Below, piece by piece: positions 48,573-61,303 of a stretch of 64,000 nucleotides of DNA. This DNA is from the human T2T-CHM13v2.0 reference genome, Homo sapiens. The notes beneath the pieces are model-generated. The model did not search any database. It was not told the DNA's origin and worked only from the letters and a program-made list of their open reading frames with translations. The stretch is taken from the NCBI RefSeq assembly GCF_009914755.1, contig NC_060932.1, one strand, 5' to 3'. Position 1 is the first letter of the stretch. Each line of letters begins with the position of its first letter. The position numbers were made by a program, and so were the translations under genes.

Positions 48573-51076
48573 GAGGGATGAATGTCAATAAGGTAGCAAA
48601 ACAGGAAGTCCTCCTCCACAGAGATATGTAATTAAAAACAATACACAGACCATTACCTTTGTGAGCAATGCAGAACCTAGTTAAGAGATGCCTAAACCCT
48701 AGGTGAGCATGTAACCAAAAAGAACCATATCAAAGACAGTAGAAAAATTCATGGCCTTTACTCACCACAGCTCTTCCCTCTGGCACAGCACAGTGTCATT
48801 GGGAAAAAAAAACTTTCAACTCCTGGTTTCTCCCTGGAATAAGAGAAAAAAAAGAGTGGAAGATACATCCAATGTTCTGATTTCTGAGAGGCTACCCAAG
48901 AAAATGTTTTTTATCTTGCCTGAATCTAAGCTCTGAAAGGAATAAGTGCCAGGAGAGGATCACTGATAACAAAGTTGGTCACTGGGACTTAGTCTAATGC
49001 CAGAGAAGATACAGTGTCACAGACAGACACTAGGCAGTGTCCCAGTATCATGACTTGCTACAGCACCAGAGAGGCTGTAGTACCACAGACATATACTGAG
49101 GGGAGGTACTGAGTAAAGAGAGGTAAGCCTCTTCAACTGGTAGATAACAAGCACAAGCCCAGAGAAGATGAATCCCTAGAAAAGGCTTGAGAGGTCTCCA
49201 GCCTTTTCTAAAGAGAGGTAAGCCTCTTTAACTGGTAGATAACAAGCACAAGCCCAGAGAAGATGAATCCCTAGAAAAGGCTTGAGAGGCCTCCAGCATT
49301 TGTAGCCAGGCAGAAGAAACAATGAGTGAATTCAATGACAGGATATTCAAAATTATCAAGTCTGAAGAGCAAAAAGAAAAAAGAAAAGAAAAGAAGAAAA
49401 GTGAAGAGAGCCTAAGGGATTTAAAGAAAACAAGCAGAACAGCATGCACATTATGAAAAGTTCCAAAGGAGAAAAAGAAGATGGAGGATTAGAAAGCCTA
49501 TTTGAATAAATAGTGACTGAAAATCTCCCTAATCTGAGAAAAGAAATGAACACACACATTCAAGAAGCTCAAAGAACTTCAACTAGCATAAATTTAAAGT
49601 GAGCTATCCTGAGACACATTATAATCAAACTGTCAAAATTCAGACAGAGACAATTTTGAAATCAGCAAGAGAAAAGCAAGCTATCACATACCCAGTAGCT
49701 CCAATATGATTATCAGCAAATTTCTAGGCAGAAACATTGCAGGCTAGAAGAGAGTGGAATGATATATTCAAACTACTGACAGAAAATAAACTGACAACCA
49801 AGAATATTATAACTGGTAAAAACGGTCCTTTAAAAATAAAGGAGAAATAAGATTTTCCCAGGTAAACATAGGGCGAGAAAGCGCATCACCACTAGACTGG
49901 CCCTATAAGAAATGCTGAAGAGAGTTCTTCAAATTGAAATGAAAAAAATGTTAAACAGCAACACAAAATCATACAAAAGTATAAAACTCTCTGGTAAAGG
50001 TCAACATATAGACAATTATAGAATTCTGTCATATTATAAGCAAAAAAATTACTTTTAAATCTGGCATAAAAGTATTTAAACAATAGCACAGAAAGTAACT
50101 CTAAATCTATGTTAATGGATATGCAATTAAGAAGCAGTATTATGCATCATCAAGAACGTAAAAGTGGATGTGGATGAAGTAATACAAAGTAGAGTTTTTC
50201 TATGCAGTTGAAGTTAAATTGTTATCAGTTTAAAATAGATTCTTATACATTTAAGATATTTGATGTAATTGCAATGTTAACTGATAAGAAAATATGTATA
50301 TAATATACACAAAAGGAAACAGTAAGGGAATCAAAACATATCACTACAAGAAAAATATCAATGAAACACAAAAGAAGACAGCAAGATAGGAGAAAAGAGA
50401 TGAAAGAGCTACCACATACTGAAAACAATTAATGAAGTGGCAATAGTAAGTGATTTCCTGTCAGTAATTACTTTAAAGGTAAATTGGTTAAACTCTCCTA
50501 TTAAAATACAAAGATTGACTGAATGGATAAAACACAGGATTCAACTATATGCTGTCTACAAGAGACTCAGTTTAGATATAAGAACAACACACCGAAAGTG
50601 AAAAGATGGAAAAATATTCCATCCTTTCACATATTCCATTCAAATAAGTAATATGTAGTATTTCTTTTAAAAGATAAGGAATATGTGGTATGTACATACA
50701 ATGGAATATTATTCAGCCTTAAAAAAGAAGAAAGTCACGTCACATGCTCTAATATGGATGAACCTTGAGGAGATTATGGTAAATGAAATAAGCAAGTCAC
50801 AGAAGTACAAATACTTTAAGATTCCACTTATATGAAGTACTTAAATTAGTGAAAATCATAGAAACAGAAAATAGAAAGTGGTTTCCAAGGGCTGGGGGAA
50901 GGTTGAGGGGAAATTAGTGTTTAATAAGTACAGGGTTTCAGTTTTGCAACATGAAAGAATTCTAGACATTTCTTGAGTAACAATATGAAAATAATTAACA
51001 CTACTGAACTGTACATTTGAAAACAGTTAAGACAGTAAATTTAACTTTATGTTTTTTGCCACAAGCAAAAAAGAAA
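48573..51076 (+). mobile_element. L1MA9/MB1-like element with large internal deletions
   Basis: 5' UTR, ORF1 remnant, ORF2 start (atatgctgtctacaagagactca), a jump at about 50640 to the 3' end, and A tail; TSD-like AAGAAATA(C/T)ATA. Confidence 0.8.
49114..49297 (+). repeat. Tandem duplication with 95-bp period
   Basis: taaagagaggtaagcctct...ctccagc at 49114-49202 and 49209-49297 with 2 mismatches. Confidence 0.93.
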
Positions 51077-51814
51077 AGAAATATATAAACAAATTCTTTT
51101 TTAAAATACTGAAACATTAGGTAAGGCCCTACTTCTCACCACACCTATGCCCCAATTCTGGGCATGATGTCATTTCCCCAGTAGTATCATCATTACTAAC
51201 TTGTTCATCCTCCCAAATCCTTTTCTATATTTCTAAACACAAACATGCATGTACAAAAACTTACATGTAGTTATAGAAAATATGATTATTTTGTATTTAC
51301 GTTTTTACTCAACTTATGTCTTCCACTTGCTTATTTATTCAACAACATAGCCTACAAATATATCAAAGTTATTTAAAGATTATCAGTAACATTGTTTTTA
51401 AATACTGCTTAATATTCTATTGTATGGATTTAGCAGTTTATTTAGACTGTCCCTTGTTGATTAACACCACTACTGTTTAACATTTTGCAAGTAAAAATGA
51501 TGCAGCCAGGATCGTCTGCTTAGCCCCTGGAGAAGATTTTTTTTTAATTTGGTAAGTTATATCTTTTATTTCTGGAAAATTCTCAGACATTATTCTGCTT
51601 AATTTTTCTCTCCATCATTCTCTCTAAAAATAAAAAAAAATCCATCTTTCTGGAACTACTTTTAGATAGAAGTTAGGGTTTCTTGTTTTAGCCTCCTTGT
51701 ATTAACTTTGATTTGTTTGTAGTTTCCAAAATTATTCCACCAAACAACTTCTACATTTTTGGACTGAACACCCACCTACATTTTGGAAAACCTTCTGCTA
51801 TAATTCTCATCAGC

Positions 51815-52010
51815 ACTGTATTAGACTTTTTCTATCCTGGTGTTCATAAAAATCCTCTGAGAGGCTTATTTAAAAAGTAGATTCCTAGGTCTACTCCCAA
51901 ATATTCTGGGTTAGTAGGTCTAAGATGGGCCTTATGAACCTTCATTTTAATAAACGAACCACAGTAATTATGATTCAAGCAGCCAGAGATTCCAGTTTAA
52001 AAACTACTAC
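51815..52010. mobile_element. MER5-like element
   Basis: agattcctaggtctactccc...agtaggtctaagatgggcc. Confidence 0.6.
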
Positions 52011-53377
52011 TGTGTCATCAACAACTGAGTATTTCTAGGTTCACTGTTTTTATTTTCAACTTATTTTTACCCTAACCATTTGAAAAGTAATTGAGATATA
52101 CTGGTAGACAGTATTCTTGGGGAATTAAAGAACCCCTTGTTGCAAATATTTGTTGTCAGTTGGATGCTCAGTGGAACCCATAAAACTACATATCTAGCTA
52201 TTCTTGGGGGAAAAAAAACCTTACAGGATCTAACTATTGTTTTTTGAGATCTGAACTAAATTTCCATGTAGATGTGACTTTTTTTCCGTTTAAAATTAAT
52301 GTTTTTCTCAAGCTAAAATGAAAAATATGGAAACATATTTGTAAGAGGAACTCACTTAAAATGTTACTAATATTCAAAAACCATACTAGAGACACATACA
52401 GATAGTTGTTTTCCATGTGCTTTCATTAAAACAATCCTCTTATTATGTTTTGAAATCTTGTAACTCTGCTTTTAAACTAATAACAAATATGGCAAACCTA
52501 CCCCTTAGGGTATATAAGTACAATGTAAGTTTAAATATCACCCAAATGAAGAGTAAATAAGAGTTAAAGTATCCAACGTGTTTGTAGCTGTGCTAATAGA
52601 GCTTCTAAGGAAGCTCTACTCTTGCATGAACCATTAATGAAATAGCCTCTCACTGGATCCAGTTTGTCTTAATCTCAGTATCTGATTTCTTATGTTCTCC
52701 TATTTGGTCCATCTGACTTTCAAACTTTCTGTGCAAAATAATTTCCCATCAGGCCAGCTGCCTTCCTGAAAAGCCCCACTCAGCTCACTTATATCTAAGG
52801 CAAGGTTTGCTAAGCTATTAAGACGTCATAAACTCTTGTGCTGGTTTGACACTGAGTGCACTGTATTTATCCAAGTGAGCCTATTTCATTTAAATTATAC
52901 ATTGCCCATTGTTATATATTGCCTATTTCTTTTTAGATGCCACATAGATCTTATTTCCTCCTATTCTTATTCTGATGGTGGAGACCAAAAAAAAAGATAC
53001 ATTTTCTTTCTGATAGAAGTATTGCCTATTTTAAAAATTAAAATTAAGAAACACATACATATGCAACAATTGTTCTAAGTATAACTGTAATGTAGTTACT
53101 ATTGGATCACTGGATATCGATTATGAACTATACTAATAGCAAAACATAACATACTCCAGGAGAGCTAAAGTTCTTACAGCAAAGGTGAGTCAGTTGCCAT
53201 CACCAGTGTTGAGGGCATAAAATCCCCATGAGTCTGCATCCTTCACACTCCAAGTGCTCGGTAAGTCTTAAAGGTTTAACTTTGGGTGATGACTACTGCC
53301 ATGGTCTGTACGAAAGGCTTCAGGGTAGGGAAATGAACTCATTGAAGGTGAATGAAAATTCCTTATTGGCCTAGAGC

Positions 53378-53580
53378 AGTGTTGCCCAGTAGAACTTTCT
53401 GCAGTGACAAAAATGTCTTCTACCTGTGGTGTTCAATATAAGAGCTGCAAGTCAAATGGCCTACTGAGCACTTGAAATGTATCCAGTGTGACTGAAAAAA
53501 TTATAAACTTCATTTAATTTTAACTAGTTTTAATTCAGGTAGCCACATGTGACTAATGGCTCCCATATTAGATAGCACGA
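53378..53580. mobile_element. MER3
   Basis: tagaactttctgcagtgac...ctactgagcacttgaaatgt...tagccacatgtgacta. Confidence 0.82.
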
Positions 53581-54375
53581 GTCTAGACAAAAATTTGAAA
53601 ATCCAGTCCTCAAATCTGTTTTGTTCTGTTTTGTTTTGCATGCACACAATTTTAATTTGTTGTCAATATTTACACAAGTATGGGCTGCTATTGCCACATG
53701 GCAATGATTTGTTGAACCTAGTAGCCACTGTCCTTTTAACCAGGAGCTTAAGTTACTCGTCTATTACTGTTTTCTCTGTAGTTATTTCAGTTTGAGACCT
53801 TTGATTTAGACTGAAGGGGATCATATGCCTGGTTTTGATTGCTTCATTGGCTAGAAATGTAAAAGTATCTTTGAAATAAGAGCTGCTTTGGAACAAGTTA
53901 CTTGGGAAGTTCAAGTCCATGGTGTGTGTTCAAAGCCTACTTTAGATTGGGTTCATCCCTCTGGAAGGCACCTCTCCATGGTCAGTTTGTCTTGGAGCCC
54001 AGCGGCTCACCGAACTTGAAAGCTGTGACTGTAAAATATCACCCTTTGCATTTTCCTGGGGTTTATACTGGAGGAAACTCTTGAATATGCAGGTGGATAG
54101 AGGTGGCAAGCGTTACCTGTGTTCTCCATGGTTTATTTGATTCTGGTTTGGAGCAGGTCTTAAGTGAACATTAGAAAAGAAGGGTAGAACTTTCTAGCAA
54201 TTGAAAAAAATGATTGCTTTCTTTATTAAAAAATAAACAGTTGAGTCACATGGCAGACATGGACATAGAATTATAAAACTGGAATTCTCCCCATCCACCT
54301 AATGTGGGACTATTGTATTAAAACATTTTAGAACCCGGCTAGAAACTACCTAGATAATGAAAACACCGAACTTAC

Positions 54376-54474
54376 ATTGAGGGCTGCAAAAGGTTTATAT
54401 GTGATATTCTTTGTAGGTGTTATATTTTCTGTTAATTCTAATGGGCATTGAAGATATCTGAAATTATACTTGAT
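54376..54474 (-). pseudogene. TRPA2P: TRPA1-like exon 17 (C665 region), open
   Basis: ctacag|IKYNFRYLQCPLELTENITPTKNITYKPFAALN|gtaagt; 99 bp. Confidence 0.93.
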
Positions 54475-55004
54475 CTGTAGAAAATTTTTACAAAGTAGTT
54501 AGTCAGGTACAGAATCCCCAAAATAATTCCTGAAAAATCAAATATACAAGTATACAATTTTGCTAAAAATTAAGTGATTTGAACAAAGTTGAAACATTTC
54601 GAGTCGAAAAAAGATATATATTATTGCATATTAATTATAAAAATAAACATCCTGGAAGGCTGTTATTCAATTGCTTCATATCTCACAGTCATGGAAAAAG
54701 AGTAATTCTCAAAAGATCATTTAGATATTTTAGATCTTCATTATTAAGGCAAAACTACCCAAGGAAATATAAAGACTAGACATAACACTAAATGATGCTA
54801 TTAGGAACTGTTAAAATATGAGAGGAAAACTGAGGAGGTAAGGGAAAAATTATTTCACAAGTAGATAATACTATAATATGAAAAAAACGAGACCAGTATT
54901 TGCCATCTCCAGTAGATTACACATCGATAGTAACAACATTTTTAATATTTTTCAAAGAACATAAAGAAAGCAAATTTCAAATTATTATGATAAAATAGAC
55001 TTAT

Positions 55005-55064
55005 GTGGTAGTCTTTGCAGGACTTATACTCTGGGGAAGGCAACATGCAGAAGTCTAAAAGTAT
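55005..55064 (-). pseudogene. TRPA2P: TRPA1-like exon 16, donor mutated GT>AT
   Basis: tttgaaag|ILLDFCMLPSPEYKSCKDYH|ataagt; 60 bp. Confidence 0.92.
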
Positions 55065-55400
55065 CTTTCAAACAGAAAAACCACCTAAGATATTGGGCAG
55101 GCCACTATATATTAGAAAGAATTTTATCCCATTTCTAAAATAACACACAAGATATTTCCCTCCCTTTTCTTGGCTTCTTGCATCTCAAGGATAAATTATA
55201 ATCTATCTCATCCAGGAACAAAGTTTACAATACAAAGTGTTACAAATACATCTGCATGTTTCAGAAATAACCAGGTGATTCAGAAAAATACCATGTGCTT
55301 GAGAGTAAAATTGCATGTACTAATATTTGGGTAAGAGATATTCCACTAGTTTTGCCTAAGATTTGATGTCTTTCTGGGCTTCTAAAGGGTATACAGATTA

Positions 55401-55720
55401 CAGGTTGAGCAACCCTAATCTGAAAGTCTAAAATTCTAAGTGCTCCAAAATCCAATACTTTTTGAGCACCCACATGATGCCACAAGTGGAAAATTCCACA
55501 CATAAGTACTTAACACAAACTTTGTTTCATGCACAAAATTATTAAAAATATTGTATAAAATTAACTGTAGGCTATGCTTTTAAGGATTATATGAAATACA
55601 AATGAATTTTGTATCTACACTTTGATCTCATCCTTATGATACCCCATTATATATAGGCCAATATCTTGAAATCCAAAACACGACTGGTCCCAAGCAGTTT
55701 GGATAAGGGATAGTCAATCT
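55401..55720. mobile_element. Tigger4b/MER46-like element
   Basis: caggttgagcaaccctaatc ... gataagggatagtcaatctg imperfect terminal inverted repeats. Confidence 0.82.
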
Positions 55721-57559
55721 GTCTGATTCCTTTACTCAGTTTCTTACAGTAACAACTTATTGTCCCTAATTGAGATTTTTCATCCCAGGTCTACAGTCTT
55801 TCCATGATTTAGGTTCAGTCTTCTGAATTGCCCCAGTCTGGAGTAATGTGTTTGTTTCTATACCTCATATGCCAAGCAACACAGAGAATGTGTTTAGAGG
55901 GGAGCGGACAGGATAGTGGGGGATAGATGCTGTAACAAGAAATAGATGAAGACCCTCTAGATAGTTAACTCAGGGAAAGAACACTTATAGGGTCACACTA
56001 GAGCCACCCCTATGGTGTGTGGAAAGGAACTATTTTTGTGGGGCTGCATAAACAATTTGAGACACCTCAAATCTAGTGGCCCATATTTATGACCCTGAGA
56101 AAGAAATACCACTTGGCCAGGCTGCCCTCTTAGAACCAGGACTGGACACAATACCCCATATGTTGCCATCAATGCATCCAGGAGCTCCTGGGGCTTCTGG
56201 TGAATGTCACCTGCAGAACTTGAGGGTAGATGGTCAGACTATATCCAAAAGGGAAGAAACAGGACCCTGGGTGGTGTCAGGTACCAACGGGACTAAGAAA
56301 ACTTCAAGGAAGATTCTATTGGTGACTGGATGTCAGTACTGGGGATCACAACAAACATTATGAAAAATAAAGACAAGACTAGTCAGTAGTGCTGTTCAAG
56401 GCAGAAACAGGCAAGTCTGGTTATTTATTATAGCTTGTAAACTTGTTAATAATCAACATGGGCAAAATAAAGGATGGGCTGCCTTGGCTGGGGGCTGGGC
56501 AGATTGCAGGAGCAACTTTTCAGAAATGTTGTGTAAGTAATTCAAATGTGTTATGTTGAGCTAAATTAAGACATTTAAGTTCATTAATTTTGTTAAAAAG
56601 TATTCAAAATACCAAAATAATACAAGTCATCATAGAAAATTATCTAGAAAATATAGTAGCTTAAGGAAGAAATTAAAAACTATTCATAATCGCATAACAG
56701 ACCATTTTTATTAACATTGTGGTATAATTTCAATTCTTTACTATGTTTTCACATGTGAATATTTCACCTTTTTTATAATTATAAATGATGCTGCAGGAAA
56801 CATTCTATATAAATCTGTCTGTATCTCTGATTATTCATTAAGACAGATTTCAACAACTATAATCACTGAATAAGAAAGTTTGAGATTGTTTCAACCTTGA
56901 GTATTTATGTGTCCTTCGATGAGATTCAGCCACCTAACAAGATAATCTGTACACTATTTGTACTAGTACATATGTACTAGACTGGCTCCAGTTTTTATTA
57001 GGCATTATAAAGAAAAAAATGCACACAATGTTTAGCACATAGTAAGTCCTTATTCAATAAATAAAAACAAAATACTAGTACTACAAATAACCACATAAGC
57101 AGTATAAAACAGTAGGAGGTAAATTTTATGTACTGACCATTGCCCTTAGCATTTTATATATTTTACCCCTACTTTTGTAATCACTTTGTAAACTCAGCAT
57201 CAGCATCATTGTTTTAGACATAAATAAAACAGAAAATAAATTCTGAGGTGAAATGACTTATCTAAAGCAGTATAGCAAGAGACAGCACCAGAATTAGATC
57301 CCATGGCCTCCAGAAGGCTCCAAATCTGGGCTTTTATTCCCTCTGTCACTATATCTTACTGCCTCCCCCAGCATTTGAATATATTTTTCCCTTTGCATGA
57401 AATCTGAAGTGATTCTGATTTTCTGTCTGTCCCAACCCTCAAATCCCAACTTTCCTAGATCTTTTATTTGCATCCTTTAATACTCATCTGCTCAACAGTT
57501 TGTGCATATTTGTCTTGTATGGAGTGTCAGGTCATATGCGGGGTGTGTATTTAATGTAG

Positions 57560-58071
57560 CATAGAGAGTTACATGCTTAAAAACCCACAGAGGCCAGGCA
57601 CGTCATGCAAATAAAGGAACAATGCCAAATGTAAGAGCTTTTTCCCATTGTTCTTGAGATATTGGCTATCCTAGGGCAAGCTTTCATCTTTACAGTTAGG
57701 ATAGAGCCATAATTCAATACTTCTGTACTCTAAGGAAAGCAATTGCACAAAAACGGCTATATGTGACAACTAACACTGGGCACTAGGCCCAATGTACAAA
57801 AGGGAGAACTGGGGTGTTTCAAATAGGAGAGTGATTGCCACATCCATGGGAAGCATCTGGTGCTGAACCCAGTAATTCCTGCCTTGTGAGAAGGCAGGCT
57901 TAGGTGCCAAATTTCATTCTTATGAGAAGCCAGATAACTGGAACCTTAAGGAAAGCATCCTGGTTTCAAATGTTAGCAATTCATGTAAATTTGAAAGAGC
58001 AATAACATGCATGCCAAACAAAACACATATTAAGGTTTTATTCAGCCAGCAAACACCAGTTTATAGTCTCT
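57560..58071 (-). mobile_element. MER102-like hAT-Charlie remnant
   Basis: End gccaaacaaaacacat...ccagtttatagtctctg. Confidence 0.5.
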
Positions 58072-58331
58072 GTTACAGGTGTGGATTGTTTGAATAAAAA
58101 AATCTGTTTACCATATTATCCTGTATTACACAAAATAATTAATAGGATTCTTTAATTCAAGAAGGTCCTCATTAAATACTTATTGTCTAAATTCCCTTAT
58201 AGCCTATGGGAAACTACAAGCTTTATTTCATGATGGAAATTATTATTACTAGATTGTGATGACAACAATAAATCCTCACATCATATATGCCAAACATAAA
58301 CCCAGGAAGAGTTTTGTTTTAGAGAGCTTAC

Positions 58332-58425
58332 CTTCATGCATTCAGGGAGGTATTCGATCATTTCCAAAATTGGACATTTATTGTTTGGAGAATAATGACT
58401 AAAAACCTTAAGACATTCATCCCAT
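58332..58425 (-). pseudogene. TRPA2P: TRPA1-like exon 15 (C621 region), open
   Basis: WDECLKVFSHYSPNNKCPILEMIEYLPECMK inside ORF 58281..58496; AG/GT intact; 94 bp. Confidence 0.96.
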
Positions 58426-59689
58426 CTGTAAAAAATGAATACATAAGACAAGCACAGGTCTTCAACCTTCTGTTCTGCACAACAGTTGAAACTCAAGATT
58501 ATATCTTTAGGAGAAATCTAAACTTAAGCTTATTCATGAAATGCAATGCTTGCCCTTAGTTCTGATGGAAGCAATATGTAAACCGAGATCAACCCAGTAA
58601 TAGGATCCTTGTCTGTTAATAGGCATTAGGAATATGGGCAAATTTTGGGATAGCTGTTACAATTATTGTTCTGTCTCTTCTTCTAAATGTCTTTCAAAGA
58701 AGCTGGGACTATATCTTCTTTCTCTCCTGAAGTCATAAAATAGGAAGTACTTACAGTCCTAATCATGTTCGGTACAGATTCCACATTCACATACCTACAC
58801 CATCAAAGCAGTACTGGACCAATATTTAATAGCTAATTCATGAATTAAACTACAAATTAACACATGTAAAGTGCATTGATAAGCACAGCCTCTGCAAAGA
58901 AAAGTTTGCCCCTTTTCTTCATTATCATCCAATTGAACAGGGTAAGAAGGTGCTTACCATACCAAGGAGGAACTAAATCTACAGCAGGATGCAAAGAGGA
59001 GCTCTTTTATCTCCAATATCCTATCTAATTTTCTATTAACTCTATCAGTAAAACCCATCTAGTATATCTGTATTATCGACAGAAAAGTTCTGGTTGAACA
59101 CTTTCATTAAAAAGTGCTTTAAAAAGGAACTATCAGCAGGAGATTTTTGAGGCTGTCCATGCTCAAAAACAAGGGCTTGATCTGCCTTGAATATGGAATT
59201 GTTCATTCTGTGTCTACTATTGGGTGACACTGGTCCCTAATGCATGTCTATCTGTGATTATACAGAAAGTGATATTATGAGATATTATGAGAAATTAGAC
59301 AAAGTACCCTCTAACTTCATAATTAAAACTCTTAGAACATGGATTAGAAACCCACAACCACAAAAGATTATTTGCTAAAAGATATCCCATTAAAGGGCAT
59401 GGATAACAATCTGAATTTACCTTGGGTAATATTTTTGCCAGCATCCACTTTCAGGGTTTCTACTGGCACATGTCAGGCAAGTTCAGGGAGGGCAGTGTGA
59501 AGTTTGCTTGACAGTGACATGGTGCCAGACAATACACATGCCTGAATCCCTGGAATCTCGTAAGAGTGCTGCGAAGCTTGGTCTTAATGTGCCCATATTT
59601 TATTTTGTTAAGAAATATAAACTGAAGATCGGCGAGGTAAAGTAATGTGCCTGTTGTCACTAAGAAAAATCATTTAAAAATTCTGTAAA

Positions 59690-59875
59690 CATTTAAAAAT
59701 AACTAAAGGAGTATAATGGGATTGCTTGTAACACAAAGAATAAATGCTTGAGAGTATGGATACCCCATTCTCCTTGAAATGATTATTATGCATTGCACAC
59801 CTGTATCAAAACATCTCATGTACCTGATAAACATATACACTTACTATGTACCCACACAAATTAAAAATAAAAGAC
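59690..59875 (+). mobile_element. L1MA2-like 3' end
   Basis: gtaacacaaagaataaatgcttgag...tactatgtacccacacaaattaaaaataaaa. Confidence 0.82.
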
Positions 59876-60020
59876 TTCTTAAAAATTTAGGTAAACAACT
59901 GATATTTTAAAATTGTGATTAATGGGATTAATGGCTGAAACTCATTTCTTTTCTCTCAGACTTCGAGTCATCCCTGACACCAGAGAACACTAAATGACAG
60001 TGGACAGGCAGACAGTGTAC

Positions 60021-60188
60021 CTTTTGCTCCTGATGGTCATAAGAACCACCTCCTTCTTCTTATTGTGAAGTGCAAGGTGCAAAAAGGAGGCCTGCCTGCT
60101 CCTTGTTCAGGACTATGTCAGCATTGTGGCTCAGAAGTGCAAAGGCTTTGGCACGGCCTTCCCTTGCAGCAAAGTGAAGTGCAGTGTT
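60021..60188 (-). pseudogene. TRPA2P: TRPA1-like exon 14 with 3-bp deletion and 4-bp duplication frameshift
   Basis: NTALHFAAREGRAKAFALLSHNADIVLNKEQ-(CAGG duplicated, 60091-60098)-ASFLHLALHNKKKEVVLMTIRSKR; 168 bp. Confidence 0.95.
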
Positions 60189-60411
60189 CTTTTGAAGAAA
60201 CGGACACAGAAAATGTGGTGACAATGCCTAATCTGCTTTGTTTCATGGCTGAACTGCCTAAAAGACATTTGCAACACTAATGATTTAATACCAAAATACA
60301 TAGCATTTAAAACTGGTGTTCAAGCTTCAAACTAATGAGTTTATAGTTCAAACATGGTGTGAGTGTGCATGTGTGGGAAGTGGGTCTGTTTGTGTATGTG
60401 TGGGAAGTGGA

Positions 60412-60413
<2 letters not shown>

Positions 60414-60456
<43 letters not shown>

Positions 60457-60472
60457 AACAGAGAGAGAGAGA
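60414..60472. repeat. (TG)n(AG)n microsatellite
   Basis: Direct reading. Confidence 0.93.
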
Positions 60473-61190
60473 AAAAAAAACAGAGAGAATGAATTCCAAG
60501 GGGGTTGTTTTGTGCTGCTTTTGCAATGGGATGATTCCACAAGGACAGAGGACCAGCTATCAGGGTACGGATGTTGGGTTGAACACAGAAGAAAATACTC
60601 CTGAGATTTATCATCTTGTAGAGCAGTGGCTTACAAATTTGGGGTTTCCCAAGCTTGTAAACTTTTTTAAAATTCAGAGACTGTTATAAGGTTGCCAGTT
60701 TTTAGTTTCCCCACATGAAGACTATTTTTTTGAAAAAGGCAACAATTGTCCATCTCCATCATTTTATGAACAAATGTACATTTCAATAGTTACTCTCCCC
60801 AAAAGAAGGAATGACATAATAGCACAATAAAGGGCAGTCCTTCAAGTCAATATACTTCAAAATAAAGCACTTATTTTAGTGAAAACTTACACCTTCCTTT
60901 ATTTTTCTGAGTCTACCAGGGAGTAAAAGCTTTATCATCAACTCACAATGGCCTGTGGACCAACCTCTGTGAGTCTAGTGGTTTCCTAAACATTCATCCA
61001 CCCCTTGGTATTCTCCCATTTCTGTTGCCTTTTGACTCATACTTCACCTCAAGAGTCTGCTTGCTAAACACCCAAAAAGGCTGGGAAAGGAGCAAGGAAG
61101 GGAAGAAGGTATCTAGGAGGGTTTTCTGGCAATGCTGGAAGTTTCTGGTATGTCGAGATTTTGGGTAAGTGTGAGGACCATGGTACATAC

Positions 61191-61303
61191 CCCGTCTTCA
61201 TCTATGTGATCTGTGCACTTCAAATTACTATCAAGAATGACCTTCATGGTCTGAGTGTACCCTTATGGATGCATGATGCAAAACCATCTAGCCATTGTGG
61301 TCA
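61191..61303 (-). pseudogene. TRPA2P: TRPA1-like exon 13 with stop (W515*) and 2-bp deletion
   Basis: DHNG*MVLHHASI-(frameshift)-GYTQTMKVILDSNLKCTDHIDEDG; TAG at 61288-61290; 113 bp vs 115 expected; AG/GT intact. Confidence 0.95.

Noticed and set aside
56959-56980. Overlapping 12- and 18-bp palindromes
   Set aside because: Short and AT-rich; no supporting context
59045-59230. Protein-like 61-aa ORF in intron 14
   Set aside because: GTG start, no TRPA1 or other recognisable similarity
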